In this document: in pieces, positions 32,701-49,879 of the stretch | Numbering within the stretch: the first letter of the stretch is position 1 | How the letters are laid out: each line of letters begins with the position of its first letter | Assembly: GCA_964035545.1 (NCBI GenBank) | Contig: CAXIUT010000183.1 | Location: 620,001-684,000 of the forward strand | Source: Bugula neritina | Lineage: Eukaryota > Animalia > Bryozoa | DNA length: 64,000 bases | Direction of reading: 5' to 3' | Translations under genes and position numbers: made by a program | Notes under the pieces: model-generated | Told to the model about the DNA's origin: nothing | Database searches by the model: none | Seen by the model: only the letters and a program-made list of their open reading frames with translations

Positions 32701-35700
32701 TATACTGCAACATACTGCAACATACTGAAATACACTGTAACATACTGAAATACACTGCAACAAACTACAACATATTGAAATACACTGCAACGCATTGAAA
32801 GACACTGCAACACATTGAAATATACTGCAATATACCAATATATATGGTAAACTGCTGAAATATACTTTAACACATTGAAAAATACTGCAACATACTGAAA
32901 TATACTGTAACACACTGAAATATACTGCAACATACTGCAACAATCTGAAATACACCGTAACATACTGAAATACACTGCAACAAACTACAACATATTGAAA
33001 TACACTGCAACACATTGAAATATACTGCAACATACCTAAATATACGGCAATATACCGAAAAAAAAACTGTAACAGATTGAAAAATTCTGCAACATACTGA
33101 AATAAACTGCAACACACTGAAATACACCGCAAAATACTACAACATACTGAAATACACTGTAACATATTGAAATACACTGCAACACTTTGAAATATACTGC
33201 AACATACCGAAATACATGTTAAACTACTAAAATATACTGTAACACTTTGAAAAACAGTGCAACATACTGAAATATACTGCGACACTTTGCAATGTACTGT
33301 AACATACTGAAATATGCTGTAGCACACTGAAATACACTGCAACTCACTGAAATATACTGCAACATATTGAAATACACTGCAACATCCTACAACATGCTAA
33401 AATACACGGTAACATATTGAAATACAGTACAACACGTTGAAATATACAGCAACATACCGGAATATATGGTAAAGTACTGAAATATACTGTAACACACTGA
33501 AAAATACTGCAACATACTGAAATATACTGCGACACATTGCAATATACTGCAACATACCAAAATATATGGTAAACTACTGAAATATACTTTAACACATTGA
33601 AAAATACCGCAACATAATGAAATATACTGTAACACACTGAAATATACTGCAACATACTGAAATACACTGTAACATACTGAAATAAACTGCAACATAGCAA
33701 AATATATGGTAAACTACTGAAATATACTTTAACACATCGAAAAATCCTGCAACATACTAAAATATACTGTAACACACTGCAAGATACTGCAACATACTGA
33801 AATACACTGAAACATACTGAAATAAACTGCAACATACCAAAATACATGGTAAACTACTGAAATATACTGTAACACACTGAAAAATACTGCAACATACTGA
33901 AATATACTGCGTCACATTGCAATATACTGCAACATACCAAAATATATGGTAAACTACTGAAATATACTTTAACACATTGAAAATTACTGCAACATACTGA
34001 AATATACTGTAACACACTGAAATATACTGCAACAAACTGAAATACACTGTAACATATTGAAATAAACTGCAACATACCAAAATATATGGTAAACTACTGA
34101 AATATACTTTAACACATTGACAAATACTGCAACATACTAAAATATACCGTAACACACTGCAAGATACTGCAACATACCGAAATACACTGTAACATACTGA
34201 AACACACTGCAACATACTGCATTATACTGACATACACTGGAACATATTGAAATACACTGCAACACAATGAAATATACTGCAACATACCAAAATATATGGT
34301 AAACTACTGAAATATACTTTAACACATTGAAAAATACTGCAACATACTGAAATATACTGTAACACACTGAAATATACTGCAACATACTGAAATACACTGT
34401 AACATACTGAAATAAACTGTAACATACTGAAATACACTGCAACATCCTACAACATACTGAATTACACTGTAACATTGTGAAATACACTGCAACACATTGA
34501 AAAATACTGCGACATACCGAAATATACGGTAAACTATTGAATTATACTGTAACACATTGAAAAATACTGAAACACACTGAAATATACTCTGACACAATGC
34601 AATATACTGTAACATACTGAAATATGCTGTAGCACACTGAAATACACTGCAACTCACTGAAATATACTACAACATACTGAAAAACACTGTAACATATTGA
34701 AACATACTGCAACATACTACAACATATTGAAAGACACTGCAACACATTGAAATATACTGCAACATACCTAAATATCCGGTAATATACTGAAATATACTGT
34801 AACACATTGAAAAATACTACAACATACTGAAATACACTGTAACATATTGAAATACACTGCAACACATTCAAATATACTGCAACCTATAGAAATATATAGT
34901 AAACTACTGAAATATACTGTAACACATTGAAAAAGACTGCAACATACTGAAACATACTGCGACACATTGCAATATACAGTAACATACTGAAACATGCTGT
35001 AGAACACTGAAATAGACTGCAGCTCACTGAAATATACTGCAACATACTGAAATACACTGCTACATACTGAAATATACTGCAACATACTGCAACATACTGA
35101 AATACACTGTAACATACTGAAATACACTGCAACAAACTACAACATATTGAAATACACTGCAACACATTGAAATATACAGCAATATACCTAAATATACGGT
35201 AATATACCGAAAAAAAAACTGTAACAGATTGAAAAATTCTGCAACATACTGAAATAAACTGCAACACACTAAAATACAGCGCAAAATACTACAACATACT
35301 GAAATACACTGTAACATATTGAAATACACTGCAACACTTTGAAATATACTGCAACATACCGAAATATATGGTAAACTACTAAAATATACTGTAACACATT
35401 GAAAAATACCGCAACATACTGAAATATACTGCGACACATTGCAATATACAGTAACATACTGAAACATGCTGTAGCACTCTGAAATAGACTGCAGCTCACT
35501 GAAATATACTGCAACATACTGAAATACACTGCTACATACTGAAATATACTGCAACATACTGCAACATACTGAAATACACTGTAACATACTGAAATACACT
35601 GCAACAAACTACAACATATTGAAATACACTGCAACACATTGAAATATACTGCAACATACCTAAATATACGATAATATACCGAAAAAAAAACTGTAACAGA

Positions 35701-38700
35701 TTGAAAAATTCTGCAATATACTGAAATAAACTGCAACACACTGAAATACAGCGCAAAATACTACAACATACTGAAATACACTGTAACATATTGAAATACA
35801 CTGCAACACTTTGAAATATACTGCAACATACCGAAATATATGGTAAACTACTAAAATATACTGTAACACTTTGAAAAATAGTGCAACACACTGAAATATA
35901 CTCTGACACATTGCAATATACTGTAACATACTGAAATATGCTGTAGCACACTGAAATACATTGCAACTCACTGAAATATACTGCAACATACTGAAATACA
36001 CTGTAACATATTGAAAATTACTGCAACATACTGCAACATACTGAAATACACTGCAACATATTGAAAGACACTGCAAGACAATGAAATATACTGCAACATA
36101 CTGAAATATACTGTAACACACTGAAATATACTGCAACATACTGAAATACACTGCTACATACTGAAATATACTGCAACATACTGCAACATACTGAAATACA
36201 CTGTAACATACTGAAATACACTGCAACAAACTACAACATATTGAAATACACTGCAACACATTGAAATATACTGCAACATACCTAAATATACGGTAATATA
36301 GCGGAAAAAAACTGTAACAGATTGACAAATTCTGCAACATACTGAAATATACTGCGACACATTGCAATATACTGTAACATACTGAAATATGCTCTAGCAC
36401 ACTGAAATACACTGCAACCCACTGAAATATACTGCAACATACGGAAATACACTGCAACACATTGAAATACACTGCAACATACCAAAATAAATGGTAAACT
36501 ACTGAAATATACTTTAACACATTGAAAAACACCGTAACATACTGAAATACACTGCAACAAACTACAACATATTGAAATACACTGCAACACATTGAAATAC
36601 ACTGCAACATACCAAAATAAATGGTAAACTACTGAAATATACTTTAACACATTGAAAAACACTGCAACATACTGAAATATACTGTAACACACTGAAATAT
36701 ACTGCAACATACTGAAATACACTGTAACATATTGAAACACACTGCAACAAACTACAACATATTGAAATACACTGCAACGCATTGAAAGACACTGCAACAC
36801 ATTGAAATATACTGCAATATACCAATATATATGGTAAACTGCTGAAATATACTTTAACACATTGAAAAATACTGCAACATACTGAAATATACTGTAACAC
36901 ACTGAAATATACTGCAACATACTGCAACAATCTGAAATACACCGTAACATACTGAAATACACTGCAACAAACTACAACATATTGAAATACACTGCAACAC
37001 ATTGAAATATACTGCAACATACCTAAATATACGGTAATATACCGAAAAAAAAACTGTAACAGATTGAAAAATTCTGCAACATACTGAAATAAACTGCAAC
37101 ACACTGAAATACACCGCAAAATACTACAACATACTGAAATACACTGTAACATATTGAAATACACTGCAACACTTTGAAATATACTGCAACATACCGAAAT
37201 ATATGTTAAACTACTAAAATATACTGTAACACTTTGAAAAACAGTGCAACATACTGAAATATACTGCGACACTTTGCAATGTACTGTAACATACTGAAAT
37301 ATGCTGTAGCACACTGAAATACACTGCAACTCACTGAAATATACTGCAACATATTGAAATACACTGCAACATCCTACAACATGCTAAAATACACGGTAAC
37401 ATATTGAAATACAGTACAACACGTTGAAATATACTGCAACATACCGGAATTAATGGTAAAGTACTGAAATATACTGTAACACACTGAAAAATACTGCAAC
37501 ATACTGAAATATACTGCGACACATTGCAAGATACTGCAACATACCAAAATATATGGTAAACTACTGAAATATACTTTAACACATTGAAAAATACTGCAAC
37601 ATAATGAAATATACTGTAACACACTGAAATATACTGCAACATACCGAAATACACTGTAACATACTGAAACACACTGCAACATACTGCATTATACTGACAT
37701 ACACTGGAACATATTGAAATACACTGCAACACAATGAAATATACTGCAACATACCAAAATATATGGTAAACTACTGAAATATACTTTAACACATTGAAAA
37801 ATACTGCAACATACTGAAATATACTGTAACACACCGAAATATACTGCAACATACTGAAATACACTGTAACATACTGAAATAAACTGTAACATACTGAAAT
37901 ACACTGCAACATCCTACAACATACTGAATTACACTGTAACATTGTGAAATACACTGCAACACATTGAAAAATACTGCAACATACCGAAGTATACGGTAAA
38001 CTATTGAATTATACTGTAACATATTGAAAAATACTGAAACACACTGAAATATACTCTGACACAATGCAATATACTGTAACATACTGAAATATGCTGTAGC
38101 ACACTGAAATACACTGCAACTCACTGAAATATACTACAACATACTGAAAAACACTGTAACATATTGAAACATACTGCAACATACTACAACATATTGAAAG
38201 ACACTGCAACACATTGAAATATACTGCAACATACCTAAATATCCGGTAATATACTGAAATATACTGTAACACATTGAAAAATACTACAACATACTGAAAT
38301 ACACTGTAACATACTGAAATACACTGCAACAAACTACAACACATTGAAATACACTGCAACACATTGAAATATACTGCAACATACCTAAATATACGGTAAT
38401 ATACCGAAAAAAAAACTGTAACAGATTGAAAAATTCTGCAACATACTGAAATAAACGGCAACACACTGAAATACAGCGGAAAATACTACAACATACTGAA
38501 ATACACTGTAACATATTGAAATACACTGCAACACTTTGAAATATACTGCAACATACCGAAATATATGGTAAACTACTAAAATATACTGTAACACTTTGAA
38601 AAATAGTGCAACACACTGAAATATACTCTGACACATTGCAATATACTGTAACATACTGAAATATGCTGTAGCACACTGAAATACATTGCAACTCACTGAA

Positions 38701-41700
38701 ATATACTGCAACATACTGCAATCCACTGTAACATATTGAAAAATACTGCAACATACTACAACATACTGAAATACACTGTAACACATTGAAATATACTACA
38801 ACATACCTAAATATCCGGTAATATACTGAAATATACTGTAACACATTGAAAAATACTGCAACATACTGAAATACACTGCAACCCACTGAAATACATCGCA
38901 AAATACTACAACATACTGAAATACACTGTAACATATTGAAATACACTGCAACATACTGAAATACATTGCAAAATACTGCAACATATTGAAATACACTGCA
39001 GCATCCTACAACATGCTGAAATACACTGTAACATATTGAAATACACTGCAACACATTGAAATATACTGCAACATACCGCAATATATGGTAAACTACTGAA
39101 ATATACTGTAACACATTGAAAAATACTGCATCATACTGAAATATACTGCGACACAATGCAATATTCTGTAACATACTGAGATATGCTGTAGCACACTGAA
39201 ATACACTACAACTCACTGAAACATACTGCAACATACTGAAATACACTGTAACATCCTACAACATACTGAAATACACAGTAACATATTGAAATACACTGCA
39301 ACACATTGAAATATACTGCAACATACCTAAATATACGGTAATATACTGAAAAATACTGTAACACATTGAAAAATACTGCAAGATACTGAAATATACTGTG
39401 ACACATTGCAATATACTGTAACATACTGAAATATGCTCAAGCACACTGAAACACACTGCACCTCACTGAAACATACTGCAACATACTGAAATACACTGCA
39501 ACATCCTACAACATACTGAAATACACTGCAACATATTGAAAGACACTGCAAGACAATGAAATATACTGCAACATACTGAAATATACCGTAACACACTGAA
39601 ATATACTGCAACATACTGAAATACACTGCTACATACTGAAATATACTGCAACATACTGCAACATACTGAAATACACTGTAACATACTGAAATACACTGCA
39701 ACAAACTACAACATATTGAAATACACTGCAACACATTGAAATATACTGCAACATACCTAAATATACGATAATATACCGAAAAAAAAACTGTAACAGATTG
39801 AAAAATTCTGCAATATACTGAAATAAACTGCAACACACTGAAATACAGCGCAAAATACTACAACATACTGAAATACACTGTAACATATTGAAATACACTG
39901 CAACACTTTGAAATATACTGCAACATACCGAAATATATGGTAAACTACTAAAATATACTGTAACACTTTGAAAAATAGTGCAACACACTGAAATATACTC
40001 TGACACATTGCAATATACTGTAACATACTGAAATATGCTGTAGCACACTGAAATACATTGCAACTCACTGAAATATACTGCAACATACTGAAATACACTG
40101 TAACATATTGAAAAATACTGCAACATACTGCAACATACTGAAATACACTGCAACATATTGAAAGACACTGCAAGACAATGAAATATACTGCAACATACTG
40201 AAATATACTGTAACACACTGAAATATACTGCAACATACTGAAATACACTGCTACATACTGAAATATACTGCAACATACTGCAACATACTGAAATACACTG
40301 TAACATACTGAAATACACTGCAACAAACTACAACATATTGAAATACACTGCAACACATTGAAATATACTGCAACATACCTAAATATACGGTAATATAGCG
40401 GAAAAAAACTGTAACAGATTGACAAATTCTGCAACATACTGAAATATACTGCGACACATTGCAATATACTGTAACATACTGAAATATGCTCTAGCACACT
40501 GAAATACACTGCAACCCACTGAAATATACTGCAACATACGGAAATACACTGCAACACATTGAAATACACTGCAACATACCAAAATAAACGGTAAACTACT
40601 GAAATATACTTTAACACATTGAAAAACACCGTAACATACTGAAATACACTGCAACAAACTACAACATATTGAAATACACTGCAACACATTGAAATACACT
40701 GCAACATACCAAAATAAATGGTAAACTACTGAAATATACTTTAACACATTGAAAAACACTGCAACATACTGAAATATACTGTAACACACTGAAATATACT
40801 GCAACATACTGAAATACACTGTAACATATTGAAACACACTGCAACAAACTACAACATATTGAAATACACTGCAACGCATTGAAAGACACTGCAACACATT
40901 GAAATATACTGCAATATACCAATATATATGGTAAACTGCTGAAATATACTTTAACACATTGAAAAATACTGCAACATACTGAAATATACTGTAACACACT
41001 GAAATATACTGCAACATACTGCAACAATCTGAAATACACCGTAACATACTGAAATACACTGCAACAAACTACAACATATTGAAATACACTGCAACACATT
41101 GAAATATACTGCAACATACCTAAATATACGGTAATATACCGAAAAAAAAACTGTAACAGATTGAAAAATTCTGCAACATACTGAAATAAACTGCAACACA
41201 CTGAAATACACCGCAAAATACTACAACATACTGAAATACACTGTAACATATTGAAATACACTGCAACACTTTGAAATATACTGCAACATACCGAAATATA
41301 TGTTAAACTACTAAAATATACTGTAACACTTTGAAAAACAGTGCAACATACTGAAATATACTGCGACACTTTGCAATGTACTGTAACATACTGAAATATG
41401 CTGTAGCACACTGAAATACACTGCAACTCACTGAAATATACTGCAACATATTGAAATACACTGCAACATCCTACAACATGCTAAAATACACGGTAACATA
41501 TTGAAATACGGCACAACACGTTGAAATATACTGCAACATACCGGAATATATGGTAAAGTACTGAAATATACTGTAACACACTGAAAAATACTGCAACATA
41601 CTGAAATATACTGCGACACATTGCAATATACTGCAACATACCAAAATATATGGTAAACTACTGAAATATACTTTAACACATTGAAAAATACTGCAACATA

Positions 41701-44700
41701 CTGAAATATACTGTAACACACTGAAACATACTGCAACATACTGAAATACACTGTAACATACTGAAATAAACTGCAACATACCAAAATATATGGTAAACTA
41801 CTGAAATATACTTTAACACATTGAAAATTCCTGCAACATACTAAAATATACTGTAACACACTGCAAGATACTGCAACATACCGAAATACACTGTAACATA
41901 GTGAAACACACTGCAACATACTGCATTATACTGACATACACTGGAACATATTGAAATACACTGCAACATCCTACAACATGCTGAAATACGCTGTAACATA
42001 TTGAAATACACTGCAACACATTGAAAAATACTGCAACATACCGAAATATATGGTAAACTATTGAATTATACTGTAACACATTGAAAAATACTGAAACAAA
42101 CTGAAATATACTCTGACACAATGCAAAATACTGTAACATACTGAAATATGCTGTAGCACACTGAAATACACTGCAACTCACTGAAATATACTGCAACATA
42201 CTGAAAAACACTGTAACATATTGAGACATACTGCAACATACTGCAACATACTGAAATACACTGTAACATACTGAAATACATTGCAAAATACTGCAACATA
42301 TTGAAATACACTGCAACACATTGAAATATACTGCAACATACCTAAATATCCGGTAATATACTGAGATATACTGTAACACATTGAAAAATACTGCAACATA
42401 CTGAAATACACTGCAACCCACTGAAATACATCGCAAAAGACTACAACATACTGAAATACACTGTAACATATTGAAATACACTGCAACACATTGAAATATA
42501 CTGCAACCTATAGAAATATATGGTAAACTACTGAAATATACTGTAACACATTGAAAAATACTGCATCATACTGAAATATACTGCAACATAATGCAATATT
42601 CTGTAACATACTGAGATATGCTGTAGCACACTGAAATACACTACAACTCACAGAAACATACTGCAACATACTGAAATACACTGTACCATCCTACAACATA
42701 CTGAAATACACAGTAACATATTGAAATACACTGCAACACATTGAAATATACTGCAACATACCTAAATATACGGTAATATACTGAAATATACTGTATCACA
42801 TTGAAAAATACTGCAAGATACTGAAATATACTGTGACACATTGCAATATACTGTAACATACTGAAATATGCTCAAGCACACTGAAACACACTGCACCTCA
42901 CTGAAATAAACTGCAACATACTGAAGTACACTGCAACATCCTACAACATACTGAAATACAATGTAACATATTGAAACACACTGCAACACATTGAAATATA
43001 CTGCCATGTACCGAATTATATGGTGGTCTACTGAAATATACTGTAACACATTGAAAAATACTGCAAGATACTGAAATATACTGCGACACATTGCAATATA
43101 CTGTAACATACCGAAATATATGGTAAACTATTGAATTATACTGTAACACATTGAAAAATACTGAAACAAACTGAAATATACTCTGACACAATGCAAAATA
43201 CTGTAACATACTGAAATATGCTGTAGCACACTGAAATACACTGCAACTCACTGAAATATACTGCAACATACTGAAAAACACTGTAACATATTGAGACATA
43301 CTGCAACATACTGCAACATACTGAAATACACTGTAACATACTGAAATACATTGCAAAATACTGCAACATATTGAAATACACTGCAACACATTGAAATATA
43401 CTGCAACATACCTAAATATCCGGTAATATACTGAGATATACTGTAACACATTGAAAAATACTGCAACATACTGAAATACACTGCAACCCACTGAAATACA
43501 TCGCAAAAGACTACAACATACTGAAATACACTGTAACATATTGAAATACACTGCAACACATTGAAATATACTGCAACCTATAGAAATATATGGTAAACTA
43601 CTGAAATATACTGTAACACATTGAAAAATACTGCATCATACTGAAATATACTGCGACATAATGCAATATTCTGTAACATACTGAGATATGCTGTAGCACA
43701 CTGAAATACACTACAACTCACTGAAACATACTGCAACATACTGAAATACACTGTAACATCCTACAACATACTGAAATACACAGTAACATATTGAAATACA
43801 CTGCAACACATTGAAATATACTGCAACATACCTAAATATACGGTAATATACTGAAATATACTGTATCACATTGAAAAATACTGCAAGATACTGAAATATA
43901 CTGTGACACATTGCAATATACTGTAACATACTGAAATATGCTCAAGCACACTGAAACACACTGCACCTCACTGAAACATACTGCAACATACTGAAATACA
44001 CTGCAACATCCTACAACATACTGAAATACACTGCAACATATTGAAAGACACTGCAAGACAATGAAATATACTGCAACATACTGAAATATACTGTAACACA
44101 CTGAAATATACTGCAACATACTGAAATACACTGCTACATACTGAAATATACTGCAACATACTGCAACATACTGAAATACACTGTAACATACTGAAATACA
44201 CTGCAACAAACTACAACATATTGAAATACACTGCAACACATTGAAATATACTGCAACATACCTAAATATACGGTAATATAGCGGAAAAAAACTGTAACAG
44301 ATTGACAAATTCTGCAACATACTGAAATATACTGCGACGCATTGCAATATACTGTAACATACTGAAATATGCTCTAGCACACTGAAATACACTGCAACCC
44401 ACTGAAATATACTGCAACATACGGAAATACACTGCAACACATTGAAATACACTGCAACATACCAAAATAAATGGTAAACTACTGAAATATACTTTAACAC
44501 ATTGAAAAATACTGCAACATACTGAAATATACTGTAACACACTGAAATATACTGCAACATACTGAAATACACTGTAACATATTGAAATACACTGCAACAA
44601 ACTACAACATATTGAAATACACTGCAACGCATTGAAAGACACTGCAACACATTGAAATATACTGCAATATACCAATATATATGGTAAACTGCTGAAATAT

Positions 44701-45199
44701 ACTTTAACACAATGAAAAATACTGCAACATACTGAAATATACTGTAACACACTGAAATATACTGCAACATACTGCAACAATCTGAAATACACTGTAACAT
44801 ACTGAAATACACTGCAACAAACTACAACATATTGAAATACACTGCAACACATTGAAATATACTGCAACATACCTTAATATACGATAATATACCGAAAAAA
44901 AAACTGTAACAGATTGAAAAATTCTGCAACATACTGAAATAAACTGCAACACACTGAAATACAGCGCAAAATACTACAACATACTGAAATACACTGTAAC
45001 ATATTGAAATACACTGCAACACTTTGAAATATACTGCAACATACCGAAATATATGGTAAACTACTAAAATATACTGTAACACTTTGAAAAATAGTGCAAC
45101 ACACTGAAATATACTCTGACACATTGCAATATACTGTAACATACTGAAATATGCTGTAGCACACTAAAATACATTGCAACTCACTGAAATATACTGCAA

Positions 45200-47620
45200 C
45201 ATACTGAAATACACTGTAACATATTGAAACACACTGCAACAAACTACAACATATTGAAATACACTGCAACGCATTGAAAGACACTGCAACACATTGAAAT
45301 ATACTGCAATATACCAATATATATGGTAAACTGCTGAAATATACTTTAACACATTGAAAAATACTGCAACATACTGAAATATACTGTAACACACTGAAAT
45401 ATACTGCAACATACTGCAACAATCTGAAATACACCGTAACATACTGAAATACACTGCAACAAACTACAACATATTGAAATACACTGCAACACATTGAAAT
45501 ATACTGCAACATACCTAAATATACGGTAATATACCGAAAAAAAAACTGTAACAGATTGAAAAATTCTGCAACATACTGAAATAAACTGCAACACACTGAA
45601 ATACACCGCAAAATACTACAACATACTGAAATACACTGTAACATATTGAAATACACTGCAACACTTTGAAATATACTGCAACATACCGAAATACATGTTA
45701 AACTACTAAAATATACTGTAACACTTTGAAAAACAGTGCAACATACTGAAATATACTGCGACACTTTGCAATGTACTGTAACATACTGAAATATGCTGTA
45801 GCACACTGAAATACACTGCAACTCACTGAAATATACTGCAACATATTGAAATACACTGCAACATCCTACAACATGCTAAAATACACGGTAACATATTGAA
45901 ATACAGTACAACACGTTGAAATATACTGCAACATACCGGAATATATGGTAAAGTACTGAAATATACTGTAACACACTGAAAAATACTGCAACATACTGAA
46001 ATATACTGCGACACATTGCAATATACTGCAACATACCAAAATATATGGTAAACTACTGAAATATACTTTAACACATTGAAAAATACCGCAACATAATGAA
46101 ATATACTGTAACACACTGAAATATACTGCAACATACTGAAATACACTGTAACATACTGAAATAAACTGCAACATACCAAAATATATGGTAAACTACTGAA
46201 ATATACTTTAACACATTGAAAAATCCTGCAACATACTAAAATATACTGTAACACACTGCAAGATACTGCAACATACTGAAATACACTGAAACATACTGAA
46301 ATAAACTGCAACATACCAAAATACATGGTAAACTACTGAAATATACTGTAACACACTGAAAAATACTGCAACATACTGAAATATACTGCGTCACATTGCA
46401 ATATACTGCAACATACCAAAATATATGGTAAACTACTGAAATATACTTTAACACATTGAAAATTACTGCAACATACTGAAATATACTGTAACACACTGAA
46501 ATATACTGCAACAAACTGAAATACACTGTAACATATTGAAATAAACTGCAACATACCAAAATATATGGTAAACTACTGAAATATACTTTAACACATTGAA
46601 AAATACTGCAACATACTAAAATATACCGTAACACACTGCAAGATACTGCAACATACCGAAATACACTGTAACATACTGAAACACACTGCAACATACTGCA
46701 TTATACTGACATACACTGGAACATATTGAAATACACTGCAACACAATGAAATATACTGCAACATACCAAAATATATGGTAAACTACTGAAATATACTTTA
46801 ACACATTGAAAAATACTGCAACATACTGAAATATACTGTAACACACTGAAATATACTGCAACATACTGAAATACACTGTAACATACTGAAATAAACTGTA
46901 ACATACTGAAATACACTGCAACATCCTACAACATACTGAATTACACTGTAACATTGTGAAATACACTGCAACACATTGAAAAATACTGCAACATACCGAA
47001 ATATACGGTAAACTATTGAATTATACTGTAACACATTGAAAAATACTGAAACACACTGAAATATACTCTGACACAATGCAATATACTGTAACATACTGAA
47101 ATATGCTGTAGCACACTGAAATACACTGCAACTCACTGAAATATACTACAACATACTGAAAAACACTGTAACATATTGAAACATACTGCAACATACTACA
47201 ACATATTGAAAGACACTGCAACACATTGAAATATACTGCAACATACCTAAATATCCGGTAATATACTGAAATATACTGTAACACATTGAAAAATACTACA
47301 ACATACTGAAATACACTGTAACATATTGAAATACACTGCAACACATTGAAATATACTGCAACCTATAGAAATATATAGTAAACTACTGAAATATACTGTA
47401 ACACATTGAAAAAGACTGCAACATACTGAAAAATACTGCGACAGATTGCAATATACAGTAACATACTGAAACATGCTGTAGAACACTGAAATAGACTGCA
47501 GCTCACTGAAATATACTGCAACATACTGAAATACACTGCTACATACTGAAATATACTGCAACATACTGCAACATACTGAAATACACTGTAACATACTGAA
47601 ATACACTGCAACAAACTACA
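45200..47620. repeat. Further, slightly diverged copy of the ~16.14-18.56 kb block (offset 29060)
   Basis: ORF pairs 16286/45346, 16763/45823, 18187/47247, with several substitutions. Confidence 0.8.
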
Positions 47621-49879
47621 ACATATTGAAATACACTGCAACACATTGAAATATACAGCAATATACCTAAATATACGGTAATATACCGAAAAAAAAACTG
47701 TAACAGATTGAAAAATTCTGCAACATACTGAAATAAACTGCAACACACTGAAATACAGCGCAAAATACTACAACATACTGAAATACACTGTAACATATTG
47801 AAATACACTGCAACACTTTGAAATATACTGCAACATACCGAAATATATGGTAAACTACTAAAATATACTGTAACACTTTGAAAAATAGTGCAACACACTG
47901 AAATATACTCTGACACATTGCAATATACTGTAACATACTGAAATATGCTGTAGCACACTGAAATACATTGCAACTCACTGAAATATACTGCAACATACTG
48001 AAATACACTGTAACATATTGAAAAATACTGCAACATACTGCAACATACTGAAATACACTGTAACATACTGAAATACATTGCAAAATACTACAACATACTG
48101 AAATACACTGTAACACATTGAAATATACTACAACATACCTAAATATCCGGTAATATACTGAAATATACTGTAACACATTGAAAAATACTGCAACATACTG
48201 AAATACACTGCAACCCACTGAAATACATCGCAAAATACTACAACATACTATAATACACTGTAACATATTGAAATACACTGCAACACATTGAAATATACTG
48301 CAACCTACAGAAATAGGTGGTAAACTACTGAAATATACTGTAACACATTGAAAAATACTGCAACATACTGAAATATACTGCGACACATTGCAATATACTG
48401 TAACATACTGAAATATGCTCTAGCACACTGAAATACACTGCAACCCACTGAAATATACTGCAACATATGGAAATACACTGCAACACATTGAAATACACTG
48501 CAACATACCAAAATAAATGGTAAACTACTGAAATATACTTTAACACATTGAAAAATACTGCAACATACTGAAATATACTGTGACACACTGAAATATACTG
48601 CAACATACTGAAATACACTGTAACATACTGAAATAAACTGCAACATACTGAAGTACACTGCAACATCCTACAACATACTGAAATACAATGTAACATATTG
48701 AAACACACTGCAACACATTGAAATATACTGCAATGTACCGAATTATATGGTGGACTACTGAAATATACTGTAACACACTGAAAAATACTGCAAGATACTG
48801 AAATATACTGCGACACATTGCAATATACTGTAACATACTGAAATATGCTACAGCACACTGAAATACACTGCAACTCACTGAAATATACTGCAACATATTG
48901 AAACACACTGCAACATTCTACAACATGCTGAAACACACTGTAACGTATTGAAATACACTGCAACACATTGAAATATACAGCAACATACCGAAATATACGG
49001 TAATATACCGAAAAAAAAACTGTAACAGATTGAAAAATTCTGCAACATACTGAAATAAACTGCAACACACTGAAATACACCGCAAAATACTACAACATAC
49101 TGAAATACACTGTAACATATTGAAATACACTGCAACACTTTGAAATATACTGCAACATACCGAAATATATGTTAAACTACTAAAATATACTGTAACACTT
49201 TGAAAAACAGTGCAACATACTGAAATATACTGCGACATTTTGCAATGTAATGTAACATACTGAAATATGCTGTAGCACACTGAAATACACTGCAACTCAC
49301 TGAAATATACTGCAACATATTGAAATACACTGCAACATCCTACAACATGCTAAAATACACTGTAACATATTGAAATACAGTACAACACATTGAAATATAC
49401 TGCAACATACCGGAATATATGGTAAAGTACTGAAATATACTGTAACACACTGAAAAATACTGCAACATACTGAAATATACTGCGACACGTTGCAATATAC
49501 TGCAACATACCAAAATATATGGTAAACTACTGAAATATACTTTAACACATTGAAAAATACTGCAACATACTGAAATATACTGTAACACACTGCAAGATAC
49601 TGCAACATACCGAAATACACTGTAACATAGTGAAACACACTGCAACATACTGCATTATACTGACATACACTGGAACATATTGAAATACACTGCAACATCC
49701 TACAACATGCTGAAATACGCTGTAACATATTGAAATACACTGCAACACATTGAAAAATACTGCAACATACCGAAATATATGGTAAACTATTGAATTATAC
49801 TGTAACACATTGAAAAATACTGAAACAAACTGAAATATACTCTGACACAATGCAAAATACTGTAACATACTGAAATATG

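Larger units (their letters stand above)
16455..44870. repeat. Near-perfect tandem duplication of a 14,209-bp unit (junction between ~30585 and ~30665)
   Basis: ORFs from 16763 to 30495 recur at +14209 (16763/30972, 24075/38284, 27604/41813, 30053/44262). Only four substitutions were spotted. Confidence 0.93.
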
